A stretch of DNA of 63,447 nucleotides, filler included, from Octopus bimaculoides (lineage: Eukaryota), in assembly GCF_001194135.2 (NCBI RefSeq). It is 4 parts of 4 records of this genome, joined end to end, with 100 filler letters (N's around TTAATTAATTAA, not from the genome) between each part and the next. Parts side by side here need not be neighbours in the genome. Positions count along the whole stretch, not along the records: positions 43,832 to 61,975 come from NW_026358927.1; 3 more parts are not named here. One strand, 5' to 3'. Below, in pieces: positions 50,046 to 62,075 of this stretch. Position numbers and translations under genes: made by a program. The notes beneath the pieces were generated by a model, which worked only from the letters and a program-made list of their open reading frames with translations, was not told the origin of the DNA and ran no database searches. Every line of letters begins with the position of its first letter. The stretch's first letter is position 1.

Positions 50046-50214
50046 ATGTTGGAAGCAAAAAATTTTATTTTGTACAATATTGTATAATACATGTGCTATT
50101 GTGATTTTAATATATTCTTTAGTCTTGTAAAACAAATCTTCTGTGTTTTTTCATATTATCTCTTTCCGTGTATACACACACACAAACACACACATGCACA
50201 CACACATTTATTAG

Positions 50215-51932
50215 CAAGAAAGAAATCAATGTAATTTTAACAGCCCGCAAATCAGTTATAAATTTCGATAACTTATGGGTGAGAAAAAATACCCCTAACT
50301 GTTTCGATATATCTATGGGAGCGCCAGATTCCGCGCAAATAACTGACATAGTACGAGTATATTTATTGGCTAATATAAAAGTCGAATTCCCAAAGCTCAT
50401 GGGGGACTTTATGGAGATGATACACTCTTTATAGTTAAGAATATATCTAATAAACGCCTAGAACTCATAAAGAAACGATTATTTAATTTTTCTTAAAGAT
50501 TTAGTCTATCTATAACTATAGAAAAATATAATTCAGTTAATTACTTAGATATGAACTGTAATTTATCATCTCGAATGCATGAACCATATATGAAACCAAA
50601 TTATAAATTAAAATATATAAATTATCAAAGCAATCACCCACCTTCAATGAAAAAAGCATTAGTATATGATATTAGTAAGAGAATTTTATATTATCTTATA
50701 ATGAAGATATATTTAATAGACATAAAGACCAATATGTTTTGGCTTTAAGTAAAGCAGGATATAAGAATACATTACAATATATTAAAGATAATAATATTAT
50801 TAAAAATGAGTAAATTTCATAGTAAGAATAATAATAATATAAAACTAATGATAATACTAAGAATGATAGATACATAAAGAAACCGAATAAAAATTAAAAT
50901 AATATCTACTTAATGAATAAAAATAATTTTAGCGGTTTCAATAATAATAAAGTAGAAACTACTAAGACAATATGGCTTATAATCCCATATGCCAAGCAAA
51001 TAAAAACCAATTTAGTGAAATGTATTTATAGGCTAATTAATAAGCATTTCAATATAAATAATGAATATTATGAAATTATTAACAATAAAAAATAAAGATA
51101 GGATATAGTTTAACTCATAACTTAGCTACTATTATAGCTTCCATAAATAATTTTAAAAATTAGACTTATTTTATTCAAATACAAAATGTGCTAATAATAA
51201 CTCCCCTAATGCCAGGGTCAATGTAGCAGATATTAGTAGTATTACTACTAGGTATTTCATTAATAAGCATAACATTATTAAGAATGATTGGAAACCAGTT
51301 ACATGTAAAGCCTCCTTCTTAACTAATATAAAGGATTATTCTTATAACATGTGATTGTAAAAATATAGATAGCTGTATGGTTAAGAATTTATGTAAATTA
51401 AAAAATGTAGTATATAAATGTAAAGTTATCACAGAAATTAATAATAAATATATTTATATTGGATCAACTAAAAAGGAAATGAAGAAGCGTCTTTCAACAC
51501 ATTTAGATACATTTCGGAATAGGAAAAGACAGAATTCAACGGGTCTAAGTAAATTCATTTGGGAACTTAAAGATAAAAAAATTAATTTTAATCTCGAATG
51601 GGATATTTTGGTGACTGCACCTAGTTACAATATAAGTAGTAAGAAGTGCCTTCGTTGTTTGAATGAGAAATTATTTATTTTAAAGGCTGCATTTCCTTTA
51701 TTTAATCTGGGGAGTGAAAAATATTTCTTGCCTACATAAAAATAAATATGTATTTACTAGATATAAATGATTTTTATTATTGTTATAATTAATTAGCTGT
51801 CATATTGATACCTCATAATAGATATTTTTAACTATTTTAAAGTAAATTAATAACTTTCATAATTATAATTATAATTATAAATAGAACTTAATTGATATTT
51901 CCCCATTCTAAAGATGTATGTTAATAGAAACT
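50215..51932 (+). mobile_element. Second, AT-rich PLE lineage: RT C-half, thumb and C-terminal GIY-YIG
   Basis: ARKS...WVRK...FDISMGAPDSAQ, GLYGDD (50404-50421), YINYQSNHPP, KTNL..LINKHF, NVVYKCKV...YIGST...R..H...NSTGLSKFIWELK...W.IL...KKCLRCLNEK. Decayed hammerhead CUAAAGA...GAAAC at 51908-51931. Confidence 0.9.
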
Positions 51933-51934
51933 TA

Positions 51935-52252
51935 TCGCAGGAGCGGCTGTGTGGTAAGTAGCTTGCTTACCAACCACATGGTTCCGGGTTCAGTCCCACT
52001 GCGTGACACCTTGGGCAAGTGTCTTCTACTATAGCCTCGGGCCGACCAAAGCCTTGTGAGTGGATTTGGTAGACGGAAACTGAAAGAAGCCCGTCGTATA
52101 TATGTATATATATATATGTATATGTGTGTGTGTTTGTGTGTCTGTGTTTGTCCCCCTAGCATTGCTTGACAACCGATGCTGGTGTGTTTATGTCCCCGTC
52201 ACTTAGCGGTTCGGCAAAAGAGACCGATAGAATAAGTACTAGGCTTACAAAG
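51935..52252 (+). mobile_element. SINE A, near-consensus, cut by a gap
   Basis: Nearly identical to 1178-1530 with intact ccttgggcaagt. Confidence 0.92.
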
Positions 52253-52698
52253 NNNNNNNNNNNNNNNNNNNNNNNNNNNNNNNNNNNNNNNNNNNNNNNN
52301 NNNNNNNNNNNNNNNNNNNNNNNNNNNNNNNNNNNNNNNNNNNNNNNNNNNNNNNNNNNNNNNNNNNNNNNNNNNNNNNNNNNNNNNNNNNNNNNNNNNN
52401 NNNNNNNNNNNNNNNNNNNNNNNNNNNNNNNNNNNNNNNNNNNNNNNNNNNNNNNNNNNNNNNNNNNNNNNNNNNNNNNNNNNNNNNNNNNNNNNNNNNN
52501 NNNNNNNNNNNNNNNNNNNNNNNNNNNNNNNNNNNNNNNNNNNNNNNNNNNNNNNNNNNNNNNNNNNNNNNNNNNNNNNNNNNNNNNNNNNNNNNNNNNN
52601 NNNNNNNNNNNNNNNNNNNNNNNNNNNNNNNNNNNNNNNNNNNNNNNNNNNNNNNNNNNNNNNNNNNNNNNNNNNNNNNNNNNNNNNNNNNNNNNNNN

Positions 52699-53049
52699 AT
52701 ATATATATATATATATACGTGTGTGTCTGTATATATGCATATGTGTATATTAGTGTATTTACTCATTTGATAATTCATATATGGGAAGAGGTATACATCT
52801 ACATATGTGAAGGTTTTTGTGTAGATATGACGGTGTATATATCTTAATATATATGTATCTTGGTATATATAGGGGTATATAAGTATAGTAGTATTGGTGT
52901 ATGTATATATTTATGTAGGTATATATGGGTAGCAACGTGGATGTATAGCTGTGTATGGGTATGTATGTGTATATATTTGTAAGACCGAGTGTATGAATGT
53001 GTATATATATATGTATGTGTGTGTAGGTGTGTATGTGTATATGTGCATG

Positions 53050-53083
<34 letters not shown>

Positions 53084-53177
53084 TGGTGATGTATATACAT
53101 GTGTATGCGTGTATATGTATATATATGTCTATATGTATGTATATGTATATATATGTATATATATATGTATGTATTAA

Positions 53178-53251
<74 letters not shown>

Positions 53252-53280
53252 GCACCCACATAGCTGCCCATAATGTGTAT
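52699..53280. repeat. Degenerate (TA/TG)n low-complexity block
   Basis: Seen directly. Confidence 0.9.
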
Positions 53281-54808
53281 ATACAAGTAGATATAGAATA
53301 TTTATCATGTATACTTGGTAGTTTGGTTCGATGTTTGTATTTGGGTCATTTCGTTTATATTGATATTACTTTGATTTGTTGTGTGTATAGACTTTATTTT
53401 TCTGTCTATATAGAATTGGTTTCGTTTTTCGTTTTGTTTATATGTATCGATATGTATATATATATGGGAGTGAATGAATAATGTGGTATATATGAGGATA
53501 TAGCGTACGCGTTCGCTACCTCACTTCGTTTAGGCTTAGCAGCTCTTCCTGTTTGTTTTACCTGTCCTGTTTTTGACACCAATTTCAACCCTCATTAAAA
53601 TCACACATTTTATTTAATTTGCTTTGCGGGAGCAACTGTTTTATCGAAGGCGTATCTTGTCGTGAAATTGCTCGAAATACCAATTAGAAAAACAGCCGAC
53701 AACTGATGAAGGGTCGTTCTTTATGTTGCTTGTCTTTTTTCCATTTGTTTCTTTCGTTGTTCGCAAAAAAAGTTCATATTCCATGTATTCGTATTTCGTA
53801 TTCCATATTTTCGTATTTTTTGTTGTTTTACGTTCTGTGACGTCCTGTGCCCACATATGCATATGTATATGCGTATATATGTAAGTATGTACATATATAC
53901 GTATGTATATATATATATACGTGTGTGTGTGTCCATTGATATATGTATGTATATGTGTGTATTTGTGTGCATTAAAATGTGTGTGTATATATATGTGTGT
54001 GTGTGTGTGTATGCATATATATATATATATATATATATATANNNNNNNNNNNNNNNNNNNNNNNNNNNNNNNNNNNNNNNNNNNNNNNNNNNNNNNNNNN
54101 NNNNNNNNNNNNNNNNNNNNNNNNNNNNNNNNNNNNNNNNNNNNNNNNNNNNNNNNNNNNNNNNNNNNNNNNNNNNNNNNNNNNNNNNNNNNNNNNNNNN
54201 NNNNNNNNNNNNNNNNNNNNNNNNNNNNNNNNNNNNNNNNNNNNNNNNNNNNNNNNNNNNNNNNNNNNNNNNNNNNNNNNNNNNNNNNNNNNNNNNNNNN
54301 NNNNNNNNNNNNNNNNNNNNNNNNNNNNNNNNNNNNNNNNNNNNNNNNNNNNNNNNNNNNNNNNNNNNNNNNNNNNNNNNNNNNNNNNNNNNNNNNNNNN
54401 NNNNNNNNNNNNNNNNNNNNNNNNNNNNNNNNNNNNNNNNNNNNNNNNNNNNNNNNNNNNNNNNNNNNNNNNNNNNNNNNNNNNNNNNNNNNNNNNNNNN
54501 NNNNNNNNNNNNNNNNNNNNNNNNNNNNNNNNNNNNNNNNNNNNNNNNNNNNNNNNNNNNNNNNNNNNNNNNNNNNNNNNNNNNNNNNNNNNNNNNNNNN
54601 NNNNNNNNNNNNNNNNNNNNNNNNNNNNNNNNNNNNNNNNNNNNNNNNNNNNNNNNNNNNNNNNNNNNNNNNNNNNNNNNNNNNNNNNNNNNNNNNNNNN
54701 NNNNNNNNNNNNNNNNNNNNNNNNNNNNNNNNNNNNNNNNNNNNNNNNNNNNNNNNNNNNNNNNNNNNNNNNNNNNNNNNNNNNNNNNNNNNNNNNNNNN
54801 NNNNNNNN

Positions 54809-54848
<40 letters not shown>

Positions 54849-55376
54849 TGTATATATATGCATATATGTAAGCGTGAGTGGTAGATAAAACTTAAACAAT
54901 AAATTGTTTTATATTGGTATTATTTGGGTTTTGATGTATGTATAGAATTTATTTTTCTACGTGCGTATAGAGTTTGTTTCGTTTTTCGTTTTGTTTATAC
55001 GCATCGATAAGTATATGTATGTGAGTAAATGAACAATATGGGATATATGTAGACATAGCGTATTTATCTTGTTTAATTTGTTGTTTTAGGCCGTTGTTAG
55101 TACGTGGGACATTTCGTTTGTATTGTATTACTTTGCTTTTGTTGTATGTATATATCTAAATGGTTTTTTCGTTCACCGTATCGAGTTTGTTTCTATAAAT
55201 GGAAAAATAGTTATCTCCCCTGCATTCTAATAGTCAGATTCATTATATAAACCTTTTTATATAGATATAAATTCTTTTATTTAGATTTGAATTAATATAT
55301 AAAATAATGTTTTAACATAGATACACGTGTATATGAATAGTATATGTATGCATATTCTAAAAAAAGTAGACATATG

Positions 55377-55427
<51 letters not shown>

Positions 55428-56234
55428 NNNNNNNNNNNNNNNNNNNNNNNNNNNNNNNNNNNNNNNNNNNNNNNNNNNNNNNNNNNNNNNNNNNNNNNNN
55501 NNNNNNNNNNNNNNNNNNNNNNNNNNNNNNNNNNNNNNNNNNNNNNNNNNNNNNNNNNNNNNNNNNNNNNNNNNNNNNNNNNNNNNNNNNNNNNNNNNNN
55601 NNNNNNNNNNNNNNNNNNNNNNNNNNNNNNNNNNNNNNGAGAGAGAGAGAGAGAGAGAGAGAGAGGGGAGATGAATAGCTAAACTTGTGTATGTGAACAT
55701 GCATGTGTGTATACGTACGTGTGTGTGTATGTATGTATACATAAGTGATAGGTGTATGTGTGTATATATAAGTATATATAAAATCTGTTATAGAACTGAA
55801 TATTTATAGATTTAAATTTAGGAATTTACATAATTTCAGTTAGATTTTTTACTTATTTATGATTAAGCTCGCTCTTAAAAAGCGTTTTCGAAAAGCCTTA
55901 GCAGTTATTGATATTTTCAATTGATATTTTTCGTGAAATAGTGAAGGAAATATGTCGATCTGATGAAGCATCATTACATATTTAAACGGATTTGATTATT
56001 CTCGAAAAACTTCGTTTTATTAATGAAGCGGAAACAGCTGTAATTTATGAGATGCATCATTTGTTTGTATAAAATATTTAAATTGAATTTATAATTGTTC
56101 AATTTATTGTTATGTTTTCCATTTCTTGTATTAATAATTGGGTATTCTACCAGCAATATATTGGATAGATATTACCCCTTAGTTGGTTGGATTCACAACC
56201 TCTAACTCTCTTGGTATATATATATATATATATA

Positions 56235-56420
56235 CTTTATTGTATAAAGGATCGTGGGTAAGGCCAAAACAATGCGAAGTAAATGCAAGGTAAGTCAGAA
56301 GAAAACAAATGTATGAACTAATGTAGACTTATCTTGTATTCAATATTTCGGGGTTATGACCCCATTTTCAAGAAAAACGAATGTTGCTGATGTGCGTGTG
56401 TGTGAATGTATGTGTTGAAA
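56235..56420 (-). mobile_element. Probable PLE pseudo-LTR, further family
   Basis: Hammerhead motif followed ~100 nt later by aataaa and (TA)n. Confidence 0.5.
56339..56374 (-). ncRNA. Minimal hammerhead motif with U3-A8 core
   Basis: UUC-UUGAAAA-U-GGGG[ucauaa]CCCC-GAAA-UAUU-GAA. Confidence 0.6.
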
Positions 56421-56686
56421 GTCTAAAATTGGTTCCCTTCTTCTGAAATCTGGGGCCAATCCCTCTGCATTATGATGTTCTTTTTGTATCAATGAAATTA
56501 TCAGTTGTTATTTGGATTATATTCGATTGTTCTGTTGTGATCAAATGACTGTGGCGTTTATTATGTGTCACACATTACATAATGGACACCGCGATATCAT
56601 TGTTCTCATCCATGTCTACATACATGGCATTTGATTTGTCACCCGCAGGTTGTTGAAACGATTCCACTCCATTCTTACTTATAGTA

Positions 56687-56877
56687 TGTAGATAGACAGA
56701 CAAATAGACATACAGACAGATATATAGGTAGGTAGTTAGGTAGATAGGAACGTACCTACGTAGACAGACAGACAGACAGACAGATACACAGACAGATACA
56801 CAGACAGACAGACTAACAGATAGACAGACAGACAGAAAAGCAGACAGATAGACAGACACACAGATAGACAGACACAC

Positions 56878-56954
<77 letters not shown>

Positions 56955-56955
56955 T
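56687..56955. repeat. (GACA/GATA)n compound tract
   Basis: Seen directly. Confidence 0.95.
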
Positions 56956-57529
56956 AAACACTCGTTACGCTGTGATAATTGTTCTGCGAAAACATGAAAC
57001 AGAAGACAAAGTTACATAATTTAAAATAATAGATTTTCAGAAAGGAATAAAAAAGGATCTTATTTTTTGTTACGTTTAGTTGTGTATTGTTTTTGTTTTT
57101 GTATTTGCTTTTAGTTGTTACGTGTCGTTGTTTTTGTAAGGAGTTCTTCGGTTTTGATTGCCTAAGATGTACACCTTTTCGTAGATGTCCGTTTCAAAGG
57201 CAATTTTTTTTCTATGATTATATTATGAAAAATAAAAGGAAAATGGTTTGGAACCAGTGTTTCATTCATTTTTACCCATAAATGATTGTAGATTATTGGA
57301 ATATTTCAATATTTACTCCATAACCATGACTGGGTTATAGAAACAAATGTTCGTCCTTAAACATATATTTNNNNNNNNNNNNNNNNNNNNNNNNNNNNNN
57401 NNNNNGTGGTTCAATATGACTACTTCTAATCCACTTCTGGGGTAACGGGAAGAGATGCTAGTCACAAGGGTGGTAGCTACAAATGCCGTCCTATGTTTGA
57501 TAATGCTTTCAAATGATTTCAAACGGCTT

Positions 57530-57645
57530 CAGATGGCTTCAGATTTTTGGCACAAGGTCAGCAACTTTAGGCGCAGGGGCTACGTCGACTTCATCGTCCC
57601 CCAATGCTCAACTTATATTTCACTTTTTCGATTGGCTTAATAGCA
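57530..57645 (-). mobile_element. SINE B 3' part
   Basis: ttttggcacaaggtcagcaac...gtcgacttcatcgtcccc. Confidence 0.7.
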
Positions 57646-58676
57646 GTAGAAGCTTCATTGCAGAAGAAGAATGTGTACAGAGGGGAAGAAAAAGTCTAGT
57701 AGAATATTTACAGAGCAGCACAGAAAATCTACTGAAGGTAATTAAGAAAGAACAGATGAGGAAGCGCGTAATAGGAGAAAAGGACAAGAATGAAATACAA
57801 AGAGAGCATGTCAGACAGACTGAAGAGAAACCTCTGCATGGCCGGTTTTGGAGAGCCACTGAAGATGTATATGGAACAAAATCCTGGGCTTGGTTAAAAA
57901 AGGGGGGGGGGCAATTAAAAAAAACAGAAACAGAGAGTCTAGTTGTAGCAGCCCAAGATCAAGTGATAAAAGCAAACAACTTGAAAAAATATATATATGG
58001 AGAGAATGTGTCAGAAAAATGTAGAACCTGTGGAACCTGGAACGAGGCAGTGGCACACATTGTGACAAAATGCCCCAAGCTGGCACAGGAAGAATATAAG
58101 AAATGGAGGCACGACTAGGTTTTAAAAGTTTTACACTGGAAACTGTGCCAAAAATGGGGATTTGAAGCTGAGAACACGTGGTACAATCATCGAGTCGAAG
58201 GAGTACTAGAGTCGGAGAAACGTAAGATTTTGTGGGACTTTCCAATTCAAACGGACAAAAAATTAGAAAATAATAGACCTGATATTACAATTATAGATAA
58301 GGAAGAGTGAAGTTGCTTACTTATCGACCCATCATGCCCGTTTGATTCCAGGATCGTAAAGAAAGAGGAAGAAAATTAAAAAAATACAATCCCCTAAAAT
58401 TTGAAATAGGAAGAATTTGGAGTAAAGGTTGTGCCTATAATAATTGGTGTGTTGGGCACAGTAAGCCAAGATATAGACAAATGGCTGAGGGAGATAGAAT
58501 GCCCGGTAGAGCTCCTACAGAAAGTTTGTCTCTTAGGGACCGCAAGGATTATCAGGTGGGTTCTGAGCACTTGAAAGACTGCTGAAAACTTGAGGATACC
58601 TAAGGTTACAGGTAGTAAACCACTACCCACATAAATCCTACCAGGAATAAGACCGAACCTAAGACAAACCAAAATG

Positions 58677-58678
<2 letters not shown>
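57645..58678 (+). mobile_element. R4/Dong-type RLE LINE, 5'-truncated, ending in (TAA)n
   Basis: KPLHGRF, SW.WL..G.LK.ETESL..AAQDQ, CRTCG...E...HIVTKC (CCHC), RHD, ILWDFPIQTD...NRPDI, IDPSCP, VPIIIG.LG, LQK.CLLGTARI.R. Confidence 0.95.
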
Positions 58679-58733
<55 letters not shown>

Positions 58734-58749
58734 TTAATAATAATAATAA

Positions 58750-59140
58750 TGGTTTCAAATTTTTTCACGGGGGCATCAATTTAGGGATTAGGTTGATTAC
58801 ATCGACCCCAATGTTCAACTGGTACTTATTTTATCAACCCCAAACGGATGAAAGGTTTAAGTCAACCTCGGTGGAGTTTGAACTCAGAACGTAGCAACGG
58901 GTGAAATACCGCTAAGCATTTCGTCCAGAGCGCTAACGACTCTACCAGCTCGCCTTGGCACGAGACTTGAATTTGGGGTGAGAGGGTAAGTCGACGCCAA
59001 TGTTCAGCTGGTACTTATTTTATCGAGCCCAAAAGGAGGAAAGGCACAGACGACCTCGAAGGGATTTGAACTCAGAACATAAAGACGGACGAAATGCTGC
59101 TAAGCACTTCACCCAGCGCGCTAACGACTCTGCCATCTCG
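58750..59140 (-). mobile_element. Two tandem SINE B copies
   Basis: The family B core is repeated at ~58860 and ~59055. Confidence 0.88.
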
Positions 59141-59224
59141 AGGGTCTGTCAGCCAGAAACCGAAAATACGAAAGAAAACTTAGAAAAGGAAGCAGTCAGC
59201 AGCAGCAGCAGCAGCAGCAAGAGT

Positions 59225-59725
59225 AATATCTAACCAACACCAACTCCACCACTACTATATCCCAAACACTACACTTTCTCTCCTAATCTTACAACACATA
59301 CTACCTCCATAACCATCACAACCGCAACCAGTACCACTACTACTGCTGGCACCACAGCTAATACTGCCCCAAAACCACAATTCCAACTAACACAGCTCCA
59401 CCACCACCACTATGACCAACACTTATAACTGTTCAACTAGCGCCACAGTCAATACTACCACCAAAACCACAGCTTAAATACTCAGTACCACTATTACACT
59501 CTACTATCACCCAACAACACTACTACTACGCGCCTACTACTACCAGAACCTCCACCACAATCATGCATCAGCTACTACTTACACTACCACCAATACCATC
59601 ACCACTATCGTTAGCACTACACCCTTCTCCTTGCACCACAACCGATACTGCCGACAAAACTACAACCCCAATTTAATATCCACCACTACCACCACCACTA
59701 CCACCACCACCACCACCCTCACCGC
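59225..59725. repeat. Degenerate (ACC/ACT/ACA)n low-complexity block
   Basis: Strong C/A strand skew and trinucleotide periodicity. Confidence 0.8.
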
Positions 59726-59964
59726 TGTCCATGTCTTCCCTACTCTCGAAGTTCTCGTCTGATCTGCTCTTGTCTTATGTATTCCAATTGCCTTTTGTGT
59801 CGCCGAAGACAGGATTCGAGATGTTGGTGTGTGAGATCATGTCGGGTTACCATGCCCACGACCTGGAACGAGAGTAAGAGAAAGTGAGTGGGAGAGACAG
59901 AGAGAGGAGAGAAAAGGTGGAGATGAGAAGCGCCATTCAGTTCTATATTTAAGAGATGAGGAAT

Positions 59965-60124
59965 TTCTCATGTACATTATTTACATTTTACGGATATTTG
60001 TCCACATCTTGTTTGTTGTTAACACAACGTTTCGGGTGATATCCCCTCCAGCCTTCATCAAGTGTCTTGGGGAAATTTCGAACCTGGGTTCTCATTCCTA
60101 AGGTATTTTTCGATGTTGTCGTTG

Positions 60125-60125
<1 letters not shown>
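59965..60125 (-). mobile_element. Solo PLE pseudo-LTR (same family as 44290-44470)
   Basis: Direct sequence homology. Adjacent to (ATT)n as in the other copy. Confidence 0.8.
60021..60066 (-). ncRNA. Minimal hammerhead motif, C3U in this copy
   Basis: GACAC-UUGAUGA-A-GGCUG[gaggggauau]CACCC-GAAA-CGUU-GUGUU. Confidence 0.75.
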
Positions 60126-60201
<76 letters not shown>

Positions 60202-60743
60202 NNNNNNNNNNNNNNNNNNNNNNNNNNNNNNNNNNNNNNNNNNNNNNNNNNNNNNNNNNNNNNNNNNNNNNNNNNNNNNNNNNNNNNNNNNNNNNNNNNN
60301 NNNNNNNNNNNNNNNNNNNNNNNNNNNNNNNNNNNNNNNNNNNNNNNNNNNNNNNNNNNNNNNNNNNNNNNNNNNNNNNNNNNNNNNNNNNNNNNNNNNN
60401 NNNNNNNNNNNNNNNNNNNNNNNNNNNNNNNNNNNNNNNNNNNNNNNNNNNNNNNNNNNNNNNNNNNNNNNNNNNNNNNNNNNNNNNNNNNNNNNNNNNN
60501 NNNNNNNNNNNNNNNNNNNNNNNNNNNNNNNNNNNNNNNNNNNNNNNNNNNNNNNNNNNNNNNNNNNNNNNNNNNNNNNNNNNNNNNNNNNNNNNNNNNN
60601 NNNNNNNNNNNNNNNNNNNNNNNNNNNNNNNNNNNNNNNNNNNNNNNNNNNNNNNNNNNNNNNNNNNNNNNNNNNNNNNNNNNNNNNNNNNNNNNNNNNN
60701 NNATAGAGCCCTTTCTCCTTTTACATTACCTTTTTTTTTTTTT

Positions 60744-61056
60744 CTACAGGTGTATTCTCAGAATTGGTCCGTTTATACTGGCCATTCTTCCAACAGTCAC
60801 CCATCGTTCAACGAATTTGCTATGAGACAGCACTTCCCTCTCTACTCTCATCTTCCTTTTCAAGTGGAACTTGAAAAAGTTGATGAGGCCTTGGCCAAAG
60901 AGGAAAGTGTCTGTCTTTAGCCATTTCAAACGTGTCCACTATATCACCTCTTTCGCTACAGCCACTAAGCATAGGAAAATTGCCTTGCCCTCCCGGTTAA
61001 AGGAGGTCGGCGGGTCAATCCTCACGATGGATTCAGCTGATAGCCGGATCCGTCTT
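60744..61056 (-). mobile_element. Tx1/L1-type LINE ORF2 C-terminus
   Basis: IFLCLVAVAKEVI*WTRL...LINFFKFHLKRKMRVERE.LS..KFVERW, stop followed by an A-run. Confidence 0.7.
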
Positions 61057-61091
61057 ACACGTGACAGTAGCTGTTCGATAATAATAATAAT

Positions 61092-61285
61092 AGGGAAATT
61101 AACCAGCTAATTCACATGATACAATCTGTAAGTGGAACAATAAAAATATACAAGACTTTTCTCAAGTTTAAGAGGTGACATTTTTGTTATCTACATTTCA
61201 AAGATGGAGCTTTGTATTTTAGAAAGCAGCTCCTTCTCCAGAGGAAGAATTTGAATAATTAAAAACAGAAGACAAGTACATAATA
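61092..61285 (+). mobile_element. 3' end of a sister R4-like LINE
   Basis: REINQLIHMIQSVSGTIKIYKTFLKFKR* aligns with ERRKLIQRLQIPSITGTVKVCKTFQKFTI of the 30788 element. Ends in (TACA)n. Confidence 0.65.
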
Positions 61286-61325
61286 CAAACATACATACAT
61301 ACATACATATATACACACACACACA

Positions 61326-61357
<32 letters not shown>

Positions 61358-61374
61358 CACATACATACATACAA

Positions 61375-61612
61375 TCCCTTACTGGAACTATAAAAATCTG
61401 TAAAACTTTCCAGAAGTTTATCATTTAAATATATATGAGCATGTCAAGATACGCAAGTGTATGCATGAGAAGACATACACAAAACAAAACTTACAAATCT
61501 GCACATATACATACATACAAACAAAAAAAACCTGTTGCTGATGTTGAAATTTCAATAAAGAAGCCTTGAATCTAGGTTAGAAATCTTGAAATAAAACTGA
61601 ACAATGACATAC
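61375..61612 (+). mobile_element. 3' end of the R4-like LINE at 30788
   Basis: ctgtaaaactttccagaagttta and the shared 3' UTR. TACA on both sides. Confidence 0.88.
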
Positions 61613-61649
61613 ATATGTAAAAGGCATACATATAGAAACCCATTTGCTG

Positions 61650-61687
<38 letters not shown>

Positions 61688-61693
61688 TATATA

Positions 61694-61743
<50 letters not shown>

Positions 61744-62075
61744 TGTATATATATATATATATAAATAAGAAAAATAAGAAAATAGAGATAATAAATTAAT
61801 AATTAATTATTAATTACAAAATTGAACAAATAATTATTAATTTAATTATCTTCTTATTTTCTTTAAAATATCTATAAACCTTGGTTTATCCAATTCCCTA
61901 ACAGTTGAATATTAAATGTAATATTCAATAGTTTTTGTAATAAACCAGGAAATTCATTGGATTTTATTATCCCTTNNNNNNNNNNNNNNNNNNNNNNNNN
62001 NNNNNNNNNNNNNNNNNNNTTAATTAATTAANNNNNNNNNNNNNNNNNNNNNNNNNNNNNNNNNNNNNNNNNNNN

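Noticed and set aside
44369-55742. Long ORFs of 200-400 aa in the track
   Set aside because: They consist of X from gaps plus YI/HT/CV microsatellite translations.
59225-59725. Mucin-like Thr-rich exon
   Set aside because: Stops and frame changes are present with no convincing splice sites. It is treated as low-complexity DNA.
60731-60920. Apparent strong acceptor (T13-ctacag|G) with an open frame
   Set aside because: The T-run is the A-tract after the stop of a minus-strand Tx1/L1-like ORF.
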